Shown: in pieces, positions 10,257-18,608 of the stretch | Numbering within the stretch: the stretch's first letter is position 1 | Layout of the letters: every line of letters starts with the position of its first letter | From: a virus | Lineage: Duplodnaviria > Caudoviricetes | Virus record (IMG/VR): IMGVR_UViG_3300011008_000028 | Reading direction: 5' to 3' (one strand) | DNA: 64,000 nt | The notes under the pieces: generated by a model | What the model was told of the DNA's origin: nothing | Database searches by the model: none | What the model saw: only the letters and a program-made list of their open reading frames with translations | Made by a program: the position numbers and the translations under genes

Positions 10257-11138
10257 TTATGAAAGCCAAGAATCGAGGTAGCTGGAATCACCAGAGAACG
10301 GATCAGTTGCATTGAACGCAGCCTGAACCTTAGCCTCGATTGTAGCACCCGTGATCTCATCAAGAATGAGGTTCTTAAGAGCATTAACGTCTGCATCAGT
10401 CTTACTCCAGTAGTTAGCAAGATCAAGAGATGTGTCGCCAACTGCGAGCCACTGGTTGTTGCTGTAAACATACAGTGTGTATGTGTTATCAGTTACAGTA
10501 CCAGCTGCGGAGAAGATAGTGTCGTTCGAAGCGAGTTCTGTCTCAGTTACGGTAAATACGCCGCCGGACTCAGTAGCCTTGAAGTACTTGTTCTGGGTAG
10601 CGTCATAGTAGCCGTAGTAATCACCTGTACCGTCGTTCGCTGTAGCATTTGCGCCCTGAGCTGTCTTGAGATAGCCGTCAAGACCTACCTTGGGAGCATC
10701 ATCATCATGCTGGAGATAGATAACGTCCGAAGCAGGCTCTGTAACTTCTGTAGCGATCGGGCCCTGTACTACCTGGTAGGTGAGGTGTGTAAGACCAGAG
10801 ATCTCAGATCTTACCTGAGCGATTTCGCCCCATACTGTACCGTCGTTCGCGGTAGCATCAGCCTCTGTACCGATAGCGGCATCAAGAGCCTTGATCTTGC
10901 CAAGGATTGTACCGTCGTTCGCTGTAATAGTAGCATAGTTGCCGATGTTGCCGATCAGGCTGAGTATAGCCTTAGCGGAAAGTACGTGTGTGTCATCTGT
11001 ATAAGATGCCGCCGCAGGACCATCTGCTACATACCCAGTAATTCTCTGCTTGATACGAGTGTTGACCGCCTTGAGGAGGTATGTGGATACGGACTGAACC
11101 CCACTCTCATCAAGGAAAAGGAACTTCTCTACTGCCAT
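10257..11138 (-). CDS. Hypothetical virion-type protein, paralog family A
   Basis: FLFLDESG N-terminus and YLQHDD ... GDTSLDLANYWSK motif; SD present. Confidence 0.8.
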   Translation of the reverse strand: MAVEKFLFLDESGVQSVSTYLLKAVNTRIKQRITGYVADGPAAASYTDDTHVLSAKAILSLIGNIGNYATITANDGTILGKIKALDAAIGTEADATANDGTVWGEIAQVRSEISGLTHLTYQVVQGPIATEVTEPASDVIYLQHDDDAPKVGLDGYLKTAQGANATANDGTGDYYGYYDATQNKYFKATESGGVFTVTETELASNDTIFSAAGTVTDNTYTLYVYSNNQWLAVGDTSLDLANYWSKTDADVNALKNLILDEITGATIEAKVQAAFNATDPFSGDSSYLDSWLS

Positions 11139-11224
11139 GATTAATCATCCTTTCTGTATGGCAAATTTGTATTAATACATTAACCCTTTCGTGGGTTTAC
11201 TTACTTTGTTGGAATTAACCGAGG

Positions 11225-12466
11225 TCATCCTAACTCGGCTCCGCCGCCTTCAGTCGATCCTTCACCAGCACCTGATCCGGGCTCGTCATCGTTGAATTCA
11301 TCTTCCTGAGATCCTGCATCAGCTGTGTATGTAACCGTTACGATTACATTGTCATTACCCATGGTACCAGCTACGACTGCCTGATCAGGTGTGAATCCTA
11401 CAACTTCCGGAGAAGCTACAGAATACTCAGCCTCTTCAGCAACGAGTTCGAGATGGGTTGCAGGTGCAGTGAATCCTTCGGGTCCTTCATATGCTATAGA
11501 AAGCAGATGCTGAGGATTATCGATGTCATCCACTATTTCATACGTAACATTTCTTACGATGTCAGCAGTGCCCATTGTACCTGTTACTGTAGATACTGTA
11601 GGATAGTATACCTCTCCACCATCAATTGTAGGAGGAACGACTGTGTAGGTGTTCAACTCAGGAACTTCAGCCGTGTAAGGTGTAGCTATCGGAGTTCTTC
11701 CATCTGGATAGAGAAAGTTCACAGTGAGATTGTGCTTAGGTGCGAACAGATTTGTTTCAGCATATGCTCCGTCGAGTATAGTCTGAATCGTTGTAAGCGG
11801 GATAGCATCCAGATCAGCTTCATTGACCTTATCGGCGAGATCATCAAATGTAGGAAGTGCATCTACAGCTATCTGCAGAGCATCCAGATCATCCTGACTA
11901 GCTTTGGTATCAACTGTAGCGGAAAGTGTCGTCACAGTATCTTCGAGATCAGCAAGATCTGCTGCTACAGCATCAAGAGAATCCTGGGAAGCCTTGGTGG
12001 CTACACTGTTTACAAGATCATTGATACCGAGAACATATCTCATGGATGCAACATCTGCTTCAGACTTGGACCAGTAATTGTCAAGGTTAACTTCGGTATC
12101 ACCAAGGTTAATCCATGTACCATTCAGATCTCCATTTGCAGGATCGTCATCGACCCAAACATAGATCTGCCACTTGGTATCATTCTGGTCGTCTCTCTGC
12201 CAGTAGATGGTGTCAGCAGAACGCTGTGCCAGCGGTACCTGCTCGTTGATGTTACCCGTGATGGTCTTGGTCTTAAGATGCTTGCTATTAACGATTGCGC
12301 GATATACCGCAGCAGCCGAAGGAACATGCATCTCATCGCTGTTGGAATTCACAGTAAGAGTTATACGTTCGGAGATTCTGGTATTAACAACACCGAGAAT
12401 ACCCTTAATAAGCTTCTGAAGACCTGTTTGATCAAGGAACTGATACTGACTATTTATATCCGGCAT
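11225..12466 (-). CDS. Paralog family A protein with two C-terminal MucBP-like domains
   Basis: YQFLDQTG...NYWSK, then a coiled coil, then two LxV/IxY..G....P.....Y.V..P...G...V.GTMG....V.Y modules. Confidence 0.7.
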   Translation of the reverse strand: MPDINSQYQFLDQTGLQKLIKGILGVVNTRISERITLTVNSNSDEMHVPSAAAVYRAIVNSKHLKTKTITGNINEQVPLAQRSADTIYWQRDDQNDTKWQIYVWVDDDPANGDLNGTWINLGDTEVNLDNYWSKSEADVASMRYVLGINDLVNSVATKASQDSLDAVAADLADLEDTVTTLSATVDTKASQDDLDALQIAVDALPTFDDLADKVNEADLDAIPLTTIQTILDGAYAETNLFAPKHNLTVNFLYPDGRTPIATPYTAEVPELNTYTVVPPTIDGGEVYYPTVSTVTGTMGTADIVRNVTYEIVDDIDNPQHLLSIAYEGPEGFTAPATHLELVAEEAEYSVASPEVVGFTPDQAVVAGTMGNDNVIVTVTYTADAGSQEDEFNDDEPGSGAGEGSTEGGGAELG

Positions 12467-12513
12467 GTATTGTCAACTCCTTTCATAGATTTTTGATTCT
12501 TTAAAGAATCTGC

Positions 12514-12951
12514 TTAAAGTGTGGGAGCAGTGGCTGTTGCCGCGGCACTAACTGCAGCTGTTATAGCAGCTTCAGAAATAACCTCGACATCAACACTTGC
12601 AGTCTCTTCACCGCCGACATTGACAAAGCCGGTAGTCTCATCTACCCAGATATACGGTGTAGCAATTGTAGAAGTTCTGGACTTTCTTACAATGTACAGA
12701 GTCTTGTTGTTGGGTGTGATTGAAGCATCAGCAGGATCACCACTCGCAATAACAAGCTGAGTGAGATGATTGAGACTCTTAAGAGCGGTATTAACAGCCG
12801 CTGCAGAAGGTGTATGGTTCGCATCAGAGTCGTCGTTTATTGTATTAACGATACGCTCAGCGATACGAGCATTGGTAACACCGAGTATCTCCTGAACGAG
12901 CTTCTGAACACGTTCCTGGCTTACGGCTACCATTGTCTGAGAATCAGCCAT
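12514..12951 (-). CDS. Hypothetical protein, paralog family A
   Basis: QKLVQEILGVTNARIAERI...SDANHTPSAAAV is similar to the N-terminus of 11225..12466. Confidence 0.75.
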   Translation of the reverse strand: MADSQTMVAVSQERVQKLVQEILGVTNARIAERIVNTINDDSDANHTPSAAAVNTALKSLNHLTQLVIASGDPADASITPNNKTLYIVRKSRTSTIATPYIWVDETTGFVNVGGEETASVDVEVISEAAITAAVSAAATATAPTL

Positions 12952-13016
12952 ATGCTTATTCCTCCTTATAATTTATTTATAACCCCAGATGTCTCATCTG
13001 GGGTTATATACAAACT

Positions 13017-14543
13017 TTAGAGATCCACTCTTGTGGCATCATCGGCATTATTAACCGCTTCAAGTATATCATCTTCAGTGATTAATGTTACATCAGGTCT
13101 AGCATCATCTCTAGCCTGTTTCTCCTCAAGAACCTGAATCTGTCCCTGAATTGCAGCAATCATCGCAGTAATATTCGCAATTTCTGCACTATGATCTGTA
13201 CCACAGTCACAGTTGGGCTTAAGCGGAGGAGTAGGACCAGTAGGAAGCAGAGATGGATCGGTAACTTCCTCTTCGTCTCCTGTCAATTCCTTGAGCTTCA
13301 GCTGTAAATCATGAAGAGTTGTAAGAAGCGTATTAATTGCCTCATTCTGTGCGTAGTCAGTAGTGGACGGTCCTGACATCGGCGGAGGCGGAGGAGGACA
13401 TATGGGAGGGTTGTACTGGGGTTGCTGACCACAGCTGCACTGATTATTTTGCTGAGTATTGGAGAATGTCAACGGGTATGTAGGCGAACCTATAGGAGCC
13501 TGAAGTATCTGACATATCGTAGTAGTATCATTTACAACGATAAGATCATTTTTCCATATCGTAAACTTCCAGATGATCCGATGTCCGGGGTTAATGCGGA
13601 ATGTCCTATTTACCTGAACATTCCCACACTGCATCTCCATTACCTTGGTAGCATTGTCATATATTTCATTCTCATGAAGTATAGCCGTCTGCCCACCTTC
13701 ATCAAAATGATAGAACCTGCTGAATGCATACCAGCTATCAGGTATAACATACTGATTCGGCTTTCCAATATATGGATCTCCGATTCTGTGCTGACACTGC
13801 ATTTGCTTATGGTAGTTATACATATCAGCCTCGCTCATGTTGCAGCAGGGACGACATGCATATGGGTCGGGATATTCACACATGTTGTAGTTCTCCACGG
13901 GATATCCGACGATGGATGATGTCACCTTCGGAATTACAGGGTTTACTTTGACATATTCATACGCCAGTTGAACATTCGTAATCCGCAGATTCATTGGAAC
14001 GGTTCCATGTGTAAATTCATTGATCGTAGAAACCAATGTCGAGGAGAAGTTTGCAATGATGAAGTTATCATTGATATTCCCGGAATTAATCAGGATGAAC
14101 AAGTTTCGTTCATTGATGTGGAATGTTTCTTGAGCGGATCTGATAATGATTCCGGTTACCGCATTCTCCAGACGGTAGTTAACACGAATCAGAATTCCCT
14201 TCCTGAGGACGGGAAGTTTTGATTCCATCTTCAGCTTCTGGTTGGCAATCAGATTCTGTACAGATTCGATCTGTGTGGAATTGCCAATCGGCTTCAGCGT
14301 TCCATTGGAATCTTTGATGATATCATTGATACAGATATCGATGATGGCGCGCATCGCTTCCGTCTGATCGATATTAATCGATGATTCGATTATGGATGGA
14401 TCAATCTGTTGGAATGTTTCACGATCGACATATTCTCCCAAGAGATATGGCACCCCATTCAGATTGATGAATGCGTTTGTATGTGTTACCGATGATACAT
14501 CGGTATTCATATTGCAGCATGCACACTGACTCATATAAGGCAT
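13017..14543 (-). CDS. Hypothetical protein with Cys/Pro-rich segments
   Basis: 508-aa ORF with AAGGAG SD and an AAC-N7-TAA motif upstream. Confidence 0.75.
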   Translation of the reverse strand: MPYMSQCACCNMNTDVSSVTHTNAFINLNGVPYLLGEYVDRETFQQIDPSIIESSINIDQTEAMRAIIDICINDIIKDSNGTLKPIGNSTQIESVQNLIANQKLKMESKLPVLRKGILIRVNYRLENAVTGIIIRSAQETFHINERNLFILINSGNINDNFIIANFSSTLVSTINEFTHGTVPMNLRITNVQLAYEYVKVNPVIPKVTSSIVGYPVENYNMCEYPDPYACRPCCNMSEADMYNYHKQMQCQHRIGDPYIGKPNQYVIPDSWYAFSRFYHFDEGGQTAILHENEIYDNATKVMEMQCGNVQVNRTFRINPGHRIIWKFTIWKNDLIVVNDTTTICQILQAPIGSPTYPLTFSNTQQNNQCSCGQQPQYNPPICPPPPPPMSGPSTTDYAQNEAINTLLTTLHDLQLKLKELTGDEEEVTDPSLLPTGPTPPLKPNCDCGTDHSAEIANITAMIAAIQGQIQVLEEKQARDDARPDVTLITEDDILEAVNNADDATRVDL

Positions 14544-14597
14544 CTCCTTTCATATATGATTTGACTCCGTGTGTTACAGAACTGTTTCTTGGGTACT

Positions 14598-15818
14598 TCA
14601 CTGCATCTGCAGTATGTATCGGATAATATAAATGATGATTGGAGTATATAGAAACACATCACGATGATCTATACTGGATAATAGCGCATCTCCTGTAAAC
14701 AATGAGACATCGTGAATCGAGATGTTTGGTTTATTGATGAATTTCCATATCAGTCTCTCATAGTCATTAGTTGTCTCAGGTTCCGCAGGATCCAAGAACA
14801 TCAGGAACTGATCATCATCGAATAATGTCAATGTAGTCATCGGCCCCCGTTCAGAATTTGACAACGGGTAGATGATGTGTACCCCAAGATCTCCCCATTG
14901 TACAAAAGAAGAATATGCATAAGGAGATACGTCCAGAGTGAAGTATGGGAACTTGCTAAGAAGACGCAATGGTGCTCCCATTTCCAGCCAGTTGTATACC
15001 GAGTTATTATAATACCTGGGAAGCTGCGGTTCATTTAACTTTTCATGCAGAATGATTACCTGAGGTGAATTCTGGTAATTCATCAATGAGTACTTGGCAA
15101 TGAACTCATTCCCACACATGTCGAATACATCCATCCCAGTCTGAGGATCCCTGAACAGGAAGCAGTTGTGTCTACTATTGTAGAACATTGCTCGGTATGA
15201 CTGAATCATCTTATTCATCATCTCTGTAATCTTCCCACGGAGGACGAAGTCATCTTCCTTGATGATCGGGTTCAGATTTGTCCCGACTTGATTCAGATCC
15301 ATGTGGTATTGATTCACAACTCTCTGTCTCAAATTCTGGATGGTCTCATGAGATGTTGATTGCAGTCTGTATGTGATTTTGTAATATCCATCAGGTTTCA
15401 TGGTATCGTAATCTACTCTGGTAACCATGAATAAATTTTCCATCTTCAGATGTTGAATGATGAATAGGTCATATGGCTTTGGAACAATCAATGATGGGAT
15501 TATGATACATTCCCCTTCAACGTTGATATCTTCGATCTGCTGTTCATCTGTACCTTCGGGCTTTGCCTGATTAAAGCCATGAAGCGGGAAATTATGAATC
15601 TCATTATAACGCAACGGGGCCTTGGTACCAAACAGCTCTTCAATGTCCTGGAGGCCTCTATCCACCGTAGAGGAATTCTCATCTTGAGAAAAGTATGTGA
15701 CGAGCATTGCTCCATTCTCGGTGTACTTATTCACAGCCGTTTTAAGACGTTCCTCGAACTTGAATATGTTGCCATCGATCATTGTCGCTTCATCAAAAAT
15801 AAGTTGTGCCATATTCAT
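14598..15818 (-). CDS. Hypothetical protein, possibly virion structural
   Basis: 406-aa ORF with SD. The function is inferred from context only. Confidence 0.7.
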   Translation of the reverse strand: MNMAQLIFDEATMIDGNIFKFEERLKTAVNKYTENGAMLVTYFSQDENSSTVDRGLQDIEELFGTKAPLRYNEIHNFPLHGFNQAKPEGTDEQQIEDINVEGECIIIPSLIVPKPYDLFIIQHLKMENLFMVTRVDYDTMKPDGYYKITYRLQSTSHETIQNLRQRVVNQYHMDLNQVGTNLNPIIKEDDFVLRGKITEMMNKMIQSYRAMFYNSRHNCFLFRDPQTGMDVFDMCGNEFIAKYSLMNYQNSPQVIILHEKLNEPQLPRYYNNSVYNWLEMGAPLRLLSKFPYFTLDVSPYAYSSFVQWGDLGVHIIYPLSNSERGPMTTLTLFDDDQFLMFLDPAEPETTNDYERLIWKFINKPNISIHDVSLFTGDALLSSIDHRDVFLYTPIIIYIIRYILQMQ

Positions 15819-15908
15819 TCTCCTTCCTACAAAAGTAAATCAAAGATTATAACCTGGTCGGAAAATTGTTCAACACCCGGACCCATTGGTCCGGGTGTTG
15901 TCTTGCCA

Positions 15909-16199
15909 TTAGATCATGTCGTCTCCGAATATGTATTTCATCCGCTCAAGGTTAATGTCACATAATTCTTCAATCATACTTGGAATAAAGCTTAATTCCA
16001 TATCCAACGCCAACCTGTCGTTAGGATGTTTCTCGAGTATGTTGCTGCATATCTTGTGTAGCTGGAGAATCAGCTCAATGCAGCTATCAACTTTTGCATC
16101 CAATACTTGCTGCTGTAGCATGCCATACAATTTCCACAAATCTGTTTCGTTACACGGTGTAACGGTTTTAGGGACTATCATCTTTAAACACCTCCTCAA
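15909..16199 (-). CDS. Hypothetical protein (start probably about 18 nt further in)
   Basis: ORF with a GAGGAGG SD inside its first codons and a TATATTAT motif upstream. Confidence 0.6.
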   Translation of the reverse strand: MRRCLKMIVPKTVTPCNETDLWKLYGMLQQQVLDAKVDSCIELILQLHKICSNILEKHPNDRLALDMELSFIPSMIEELCDINLERMKYIFGDDMI

Positions 16200-16351
16200 T
16201 TTATTTTGTGTATATGAAATCCCTTATACCAAGATAATATATTAACAAAAATTGTAGTTATGCGATTGTAAAAAGAATATCATCCCCGGGAATTCCCGGG
16301 GATGATATTCAAACGAAAAGGAAGTCCCAATGGGCGTAGATGTGTTGCGAG

Positions 16352-16732
16352 TTATTTAGATATAGATATCAGCTGTTGACGGATATGTTCCATCTCTTTC
16401 CGTTTGGTCATGATATATGCTTCATACATCAGCTTATCCGCAGGATTAATGGAATTAGATCTATTCAGAATTACTAACAGATCCAAACCCGTTTCAATCT
16501 GGTGTTCTATATCTCGTATGCGATTTATATTTTCGATGTTGAATTCAGTTTCAGCAAGGTCATCAAAGAGTGTGTCCAGATCCATTCTTATCCATTCAGG
16601 ACTTTGTACTTCAAACAATGGTATTTCCACCCCTTTCTTATGAGTTAACTCAATGTCAACAAAAAAGAGTGTATTGGGTGGTATATACCACCCAATACCA
16701 AAACAAGATTTATTCATGAAATCATATAGCAA
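16352..16732 (-). CDS. Hypothetical protein (start uncertain)
   Basis: 126-aa ORF; an internal AAGGGG SD suggests a shorter product. Confidence 0.5.
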   Translation of the reverse strand: MLYDFMNKSCFGIGWYIPPNTLFFVDIELTHKKGVEIPLFEVQSPEWIRMDLDTLFDDLAETEFNIENINRIRDIEHQIETGLDLLVILNRSNSINPADKLMYEAYIMTKRKEMEHIRQQLISISK

Positions 16733-16767
16733 AACTCTCTAGAGGTATTGAGAGAGTTTGACGAGAA

Positions 16768-18072
16768 TTAGTCACCAACTACTTCAGGGATATCCGTTGT
16801 AGGAGGTGTTATGGTGTGCTCTTCCGTAGTAGTCTTGGGAACAGGGCATTTGCCGATGAACTGATCTTCCAGACCAATTACAGATGTTGTGATCTCTTCA
16901 CGTTCCTGATCCGTCATCACAGACTTTCTGATGAAACGATCAAGAGCAATCACCATGCATTTGATCTTGGTTACGTCGTCCTGCTTGCGGAGATTTGCAA
17001 ATGCTACGAAGGTCATGAAGTACAGCACAAGCACACCTTGGTTGGGCCAGTACTTTTCTTCCAGCTGTTTGTTCTCGAACTTGTTAAGCTCAAGGACAAT
17101 CATCGGAGAGATCTGCAGAGTTTCAAGCTTACTCTTGCAACGGTTGTGGTAATACAGCACCTTGTTGGCATCGGACAGAGCATTGATGATTGCCTTTGCC
17201 TGAGATTCATTCACTGGTTCTCTTAACCACTTCAGGTACTTCCAGTAGTAGTACTTATCGATCTCAGCGATCTTCTTCGCCCTGAGTTCAGGATCCTGTT
17301 CTGTCTCGGCAAGTACACGCTGCATCGCGATAGTTGCCTGCTCATTCTCCTCAAGGAGTCTGGAGTACTGCTCGAGTACAACACCGTATTCTTTCTTCAT
17401 GCTGGTGAGCTGGAAGAACTCGGAGCATGCTTCATGTATACGGTCTTTGGTGATGTCGAATGTGAAGCCGTATATTCCCTGGGTCTTATCAGGGAAGATC
17501 TTCTCGACATCCTCTTCAGTGAGTTTATTCAAGCCGTTCATGTAGTCCCAGTTACGATCTTCCTCTTCGGAAAGATTCTCGGGTTTGGGGTCACAGTGCT
17601 CAGAGTTGAAGATACCAAGCTCTGTCATCTGCTTGTCGGTAAGACCATAGTCCTTGGCAACAGCAAGCCAGTCCTGATTCATGATCTTCACGCCATCTGC
17701 AAGAGTGTGGAGCAGATCATCAAGCTGCTTCAGCTGAGATTGTGTGAGATGCTCATGAGCATTCTCATCCAGGAGGTCAGGTCTCTCCGTCTTCTCTTCT
17801 GTATCTGTGGTATCAAGTGTTCCTTCTTCTCCTACGGGTACTTCACTGCCCTCCATGGGTTCTCCAGCACCAGCAGCTTCCTTCTCCTCAGTAAAATCAA
17901 TTTCCTGAGATGAGTTGTTCGCCTGCTGTTCGTATTCTTCGATAGTCATACCTGTATTTATCGGCATGCCATTCTCTTCTCTATGAAGATATGGACTAGT
18001 GATATTGCCTGATTCGTCCCCCATCATAAACAGCTCAGGGTTATTCCTTACCGGAATCTTGTTGATATTCAT
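16768..18072 (-). CDS. Hypothetical acidic protein
   Basis: 434-aa ORF with AAGGAGG SD. Confidence 0.8.
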   Translation of the reverse strand: MNINKIPVRNNPELFMMGDESGNITSPYLHREENGMPINTGMTIEEYEQQANNSSQEIDFTEEKEAAGAGEPMEGSEVPVGEEGTLDTTDTEEKTERPDLLDENAHEHLTQSQLKQLDDLLHTLADGVKIMNQDWLAVAKDYGLTDKQMTELGIFNSEHCDPKPENLSEEEDRNWDYMNGLNKLTEEDVEKIFPDKTQGIYGFTFDITKDRIHEACSEFFQLTSMKKEYGVVLEQYSRLLEENEQATIAMQRVLAETEQDPELRAKKIAEIDKYYYWKYLKWLREPVNESQAKAIINALSDANKVLYYHNRCKSKLETLQISPMIVLELNKFENKQLEEKYWPNQGVLVLYFMTFVAFANLRKQDDVTKIKCMVIALDRFIRKSVMTDQEREEITTSVIGLEDQFIGKCPVPKTTTEEHTITPPTTDIPEVVGD

Positions 18073-18083
18073 GGTTATCCTCC

Positions 18084-18539
18084 TTATGTGTCTTCTATTA
18101 TTTCAACTAGTGATTCTTCGAATAGTTTGTTAATACCCATCATGGTGACATGAGTAATGTACCAAACGAAGTATCCGTCTGTAATCACTAGAGATTTCCG
18201 GTCTACATTATCCAAATTAATGGATTCTTTTACTCGGGTAGCAGTATCTGCAATGAGATTCTGTATCATTGATCTCAATATATTGTCTTTATTCTTTTTA
18301 CCCATCATGAATTCTTTAAACATGATATTGCAAGTAGGAGCAATGATACCATCTATGTATTTGAGGTATTTATCTGTATACTCGAGCTTGTATGTGAACT
18401 GATCAGGACTTTCTGCAAGTGTATTGGTTATCAATTCCTTGTAGGAATCATGATATCTATTATCCCGCAACACCTTTAAGCAGGTCATGGTCAACATTAA
18501 CATCACAAGCCCGAATATGATTGCAAAAATTATTTCCAC
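18084..18539 (-). CDS. Hypothetical membrane-anchored protein
   Basis: GTG start after AAGGAGG; N-terminal hydrophobic helix IIFAIIFGLVMLMLTMTCL. Confidence 0.7.
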   Translation of the reverse strand: MEIIFAIIFGLVMLMLTMTCLKVLRDNRYHDSYKELITNTLAESPDQFTYKLEYTDKYLKYIDGIIAPTCNIMFKEFMMGKKNKDNILRSMIQNLIADTATRVKESINLDNVDRKSLVITDGYFVWYITHVTMMGINKLFEESLVEIIEDT

Positions 18540-18608
18540 CTTAATTCCTCCTTGATGAAGAGAATTTCCATACGGATACTATATAGTATCCGTATGGAAT
18601 GAAATTAA

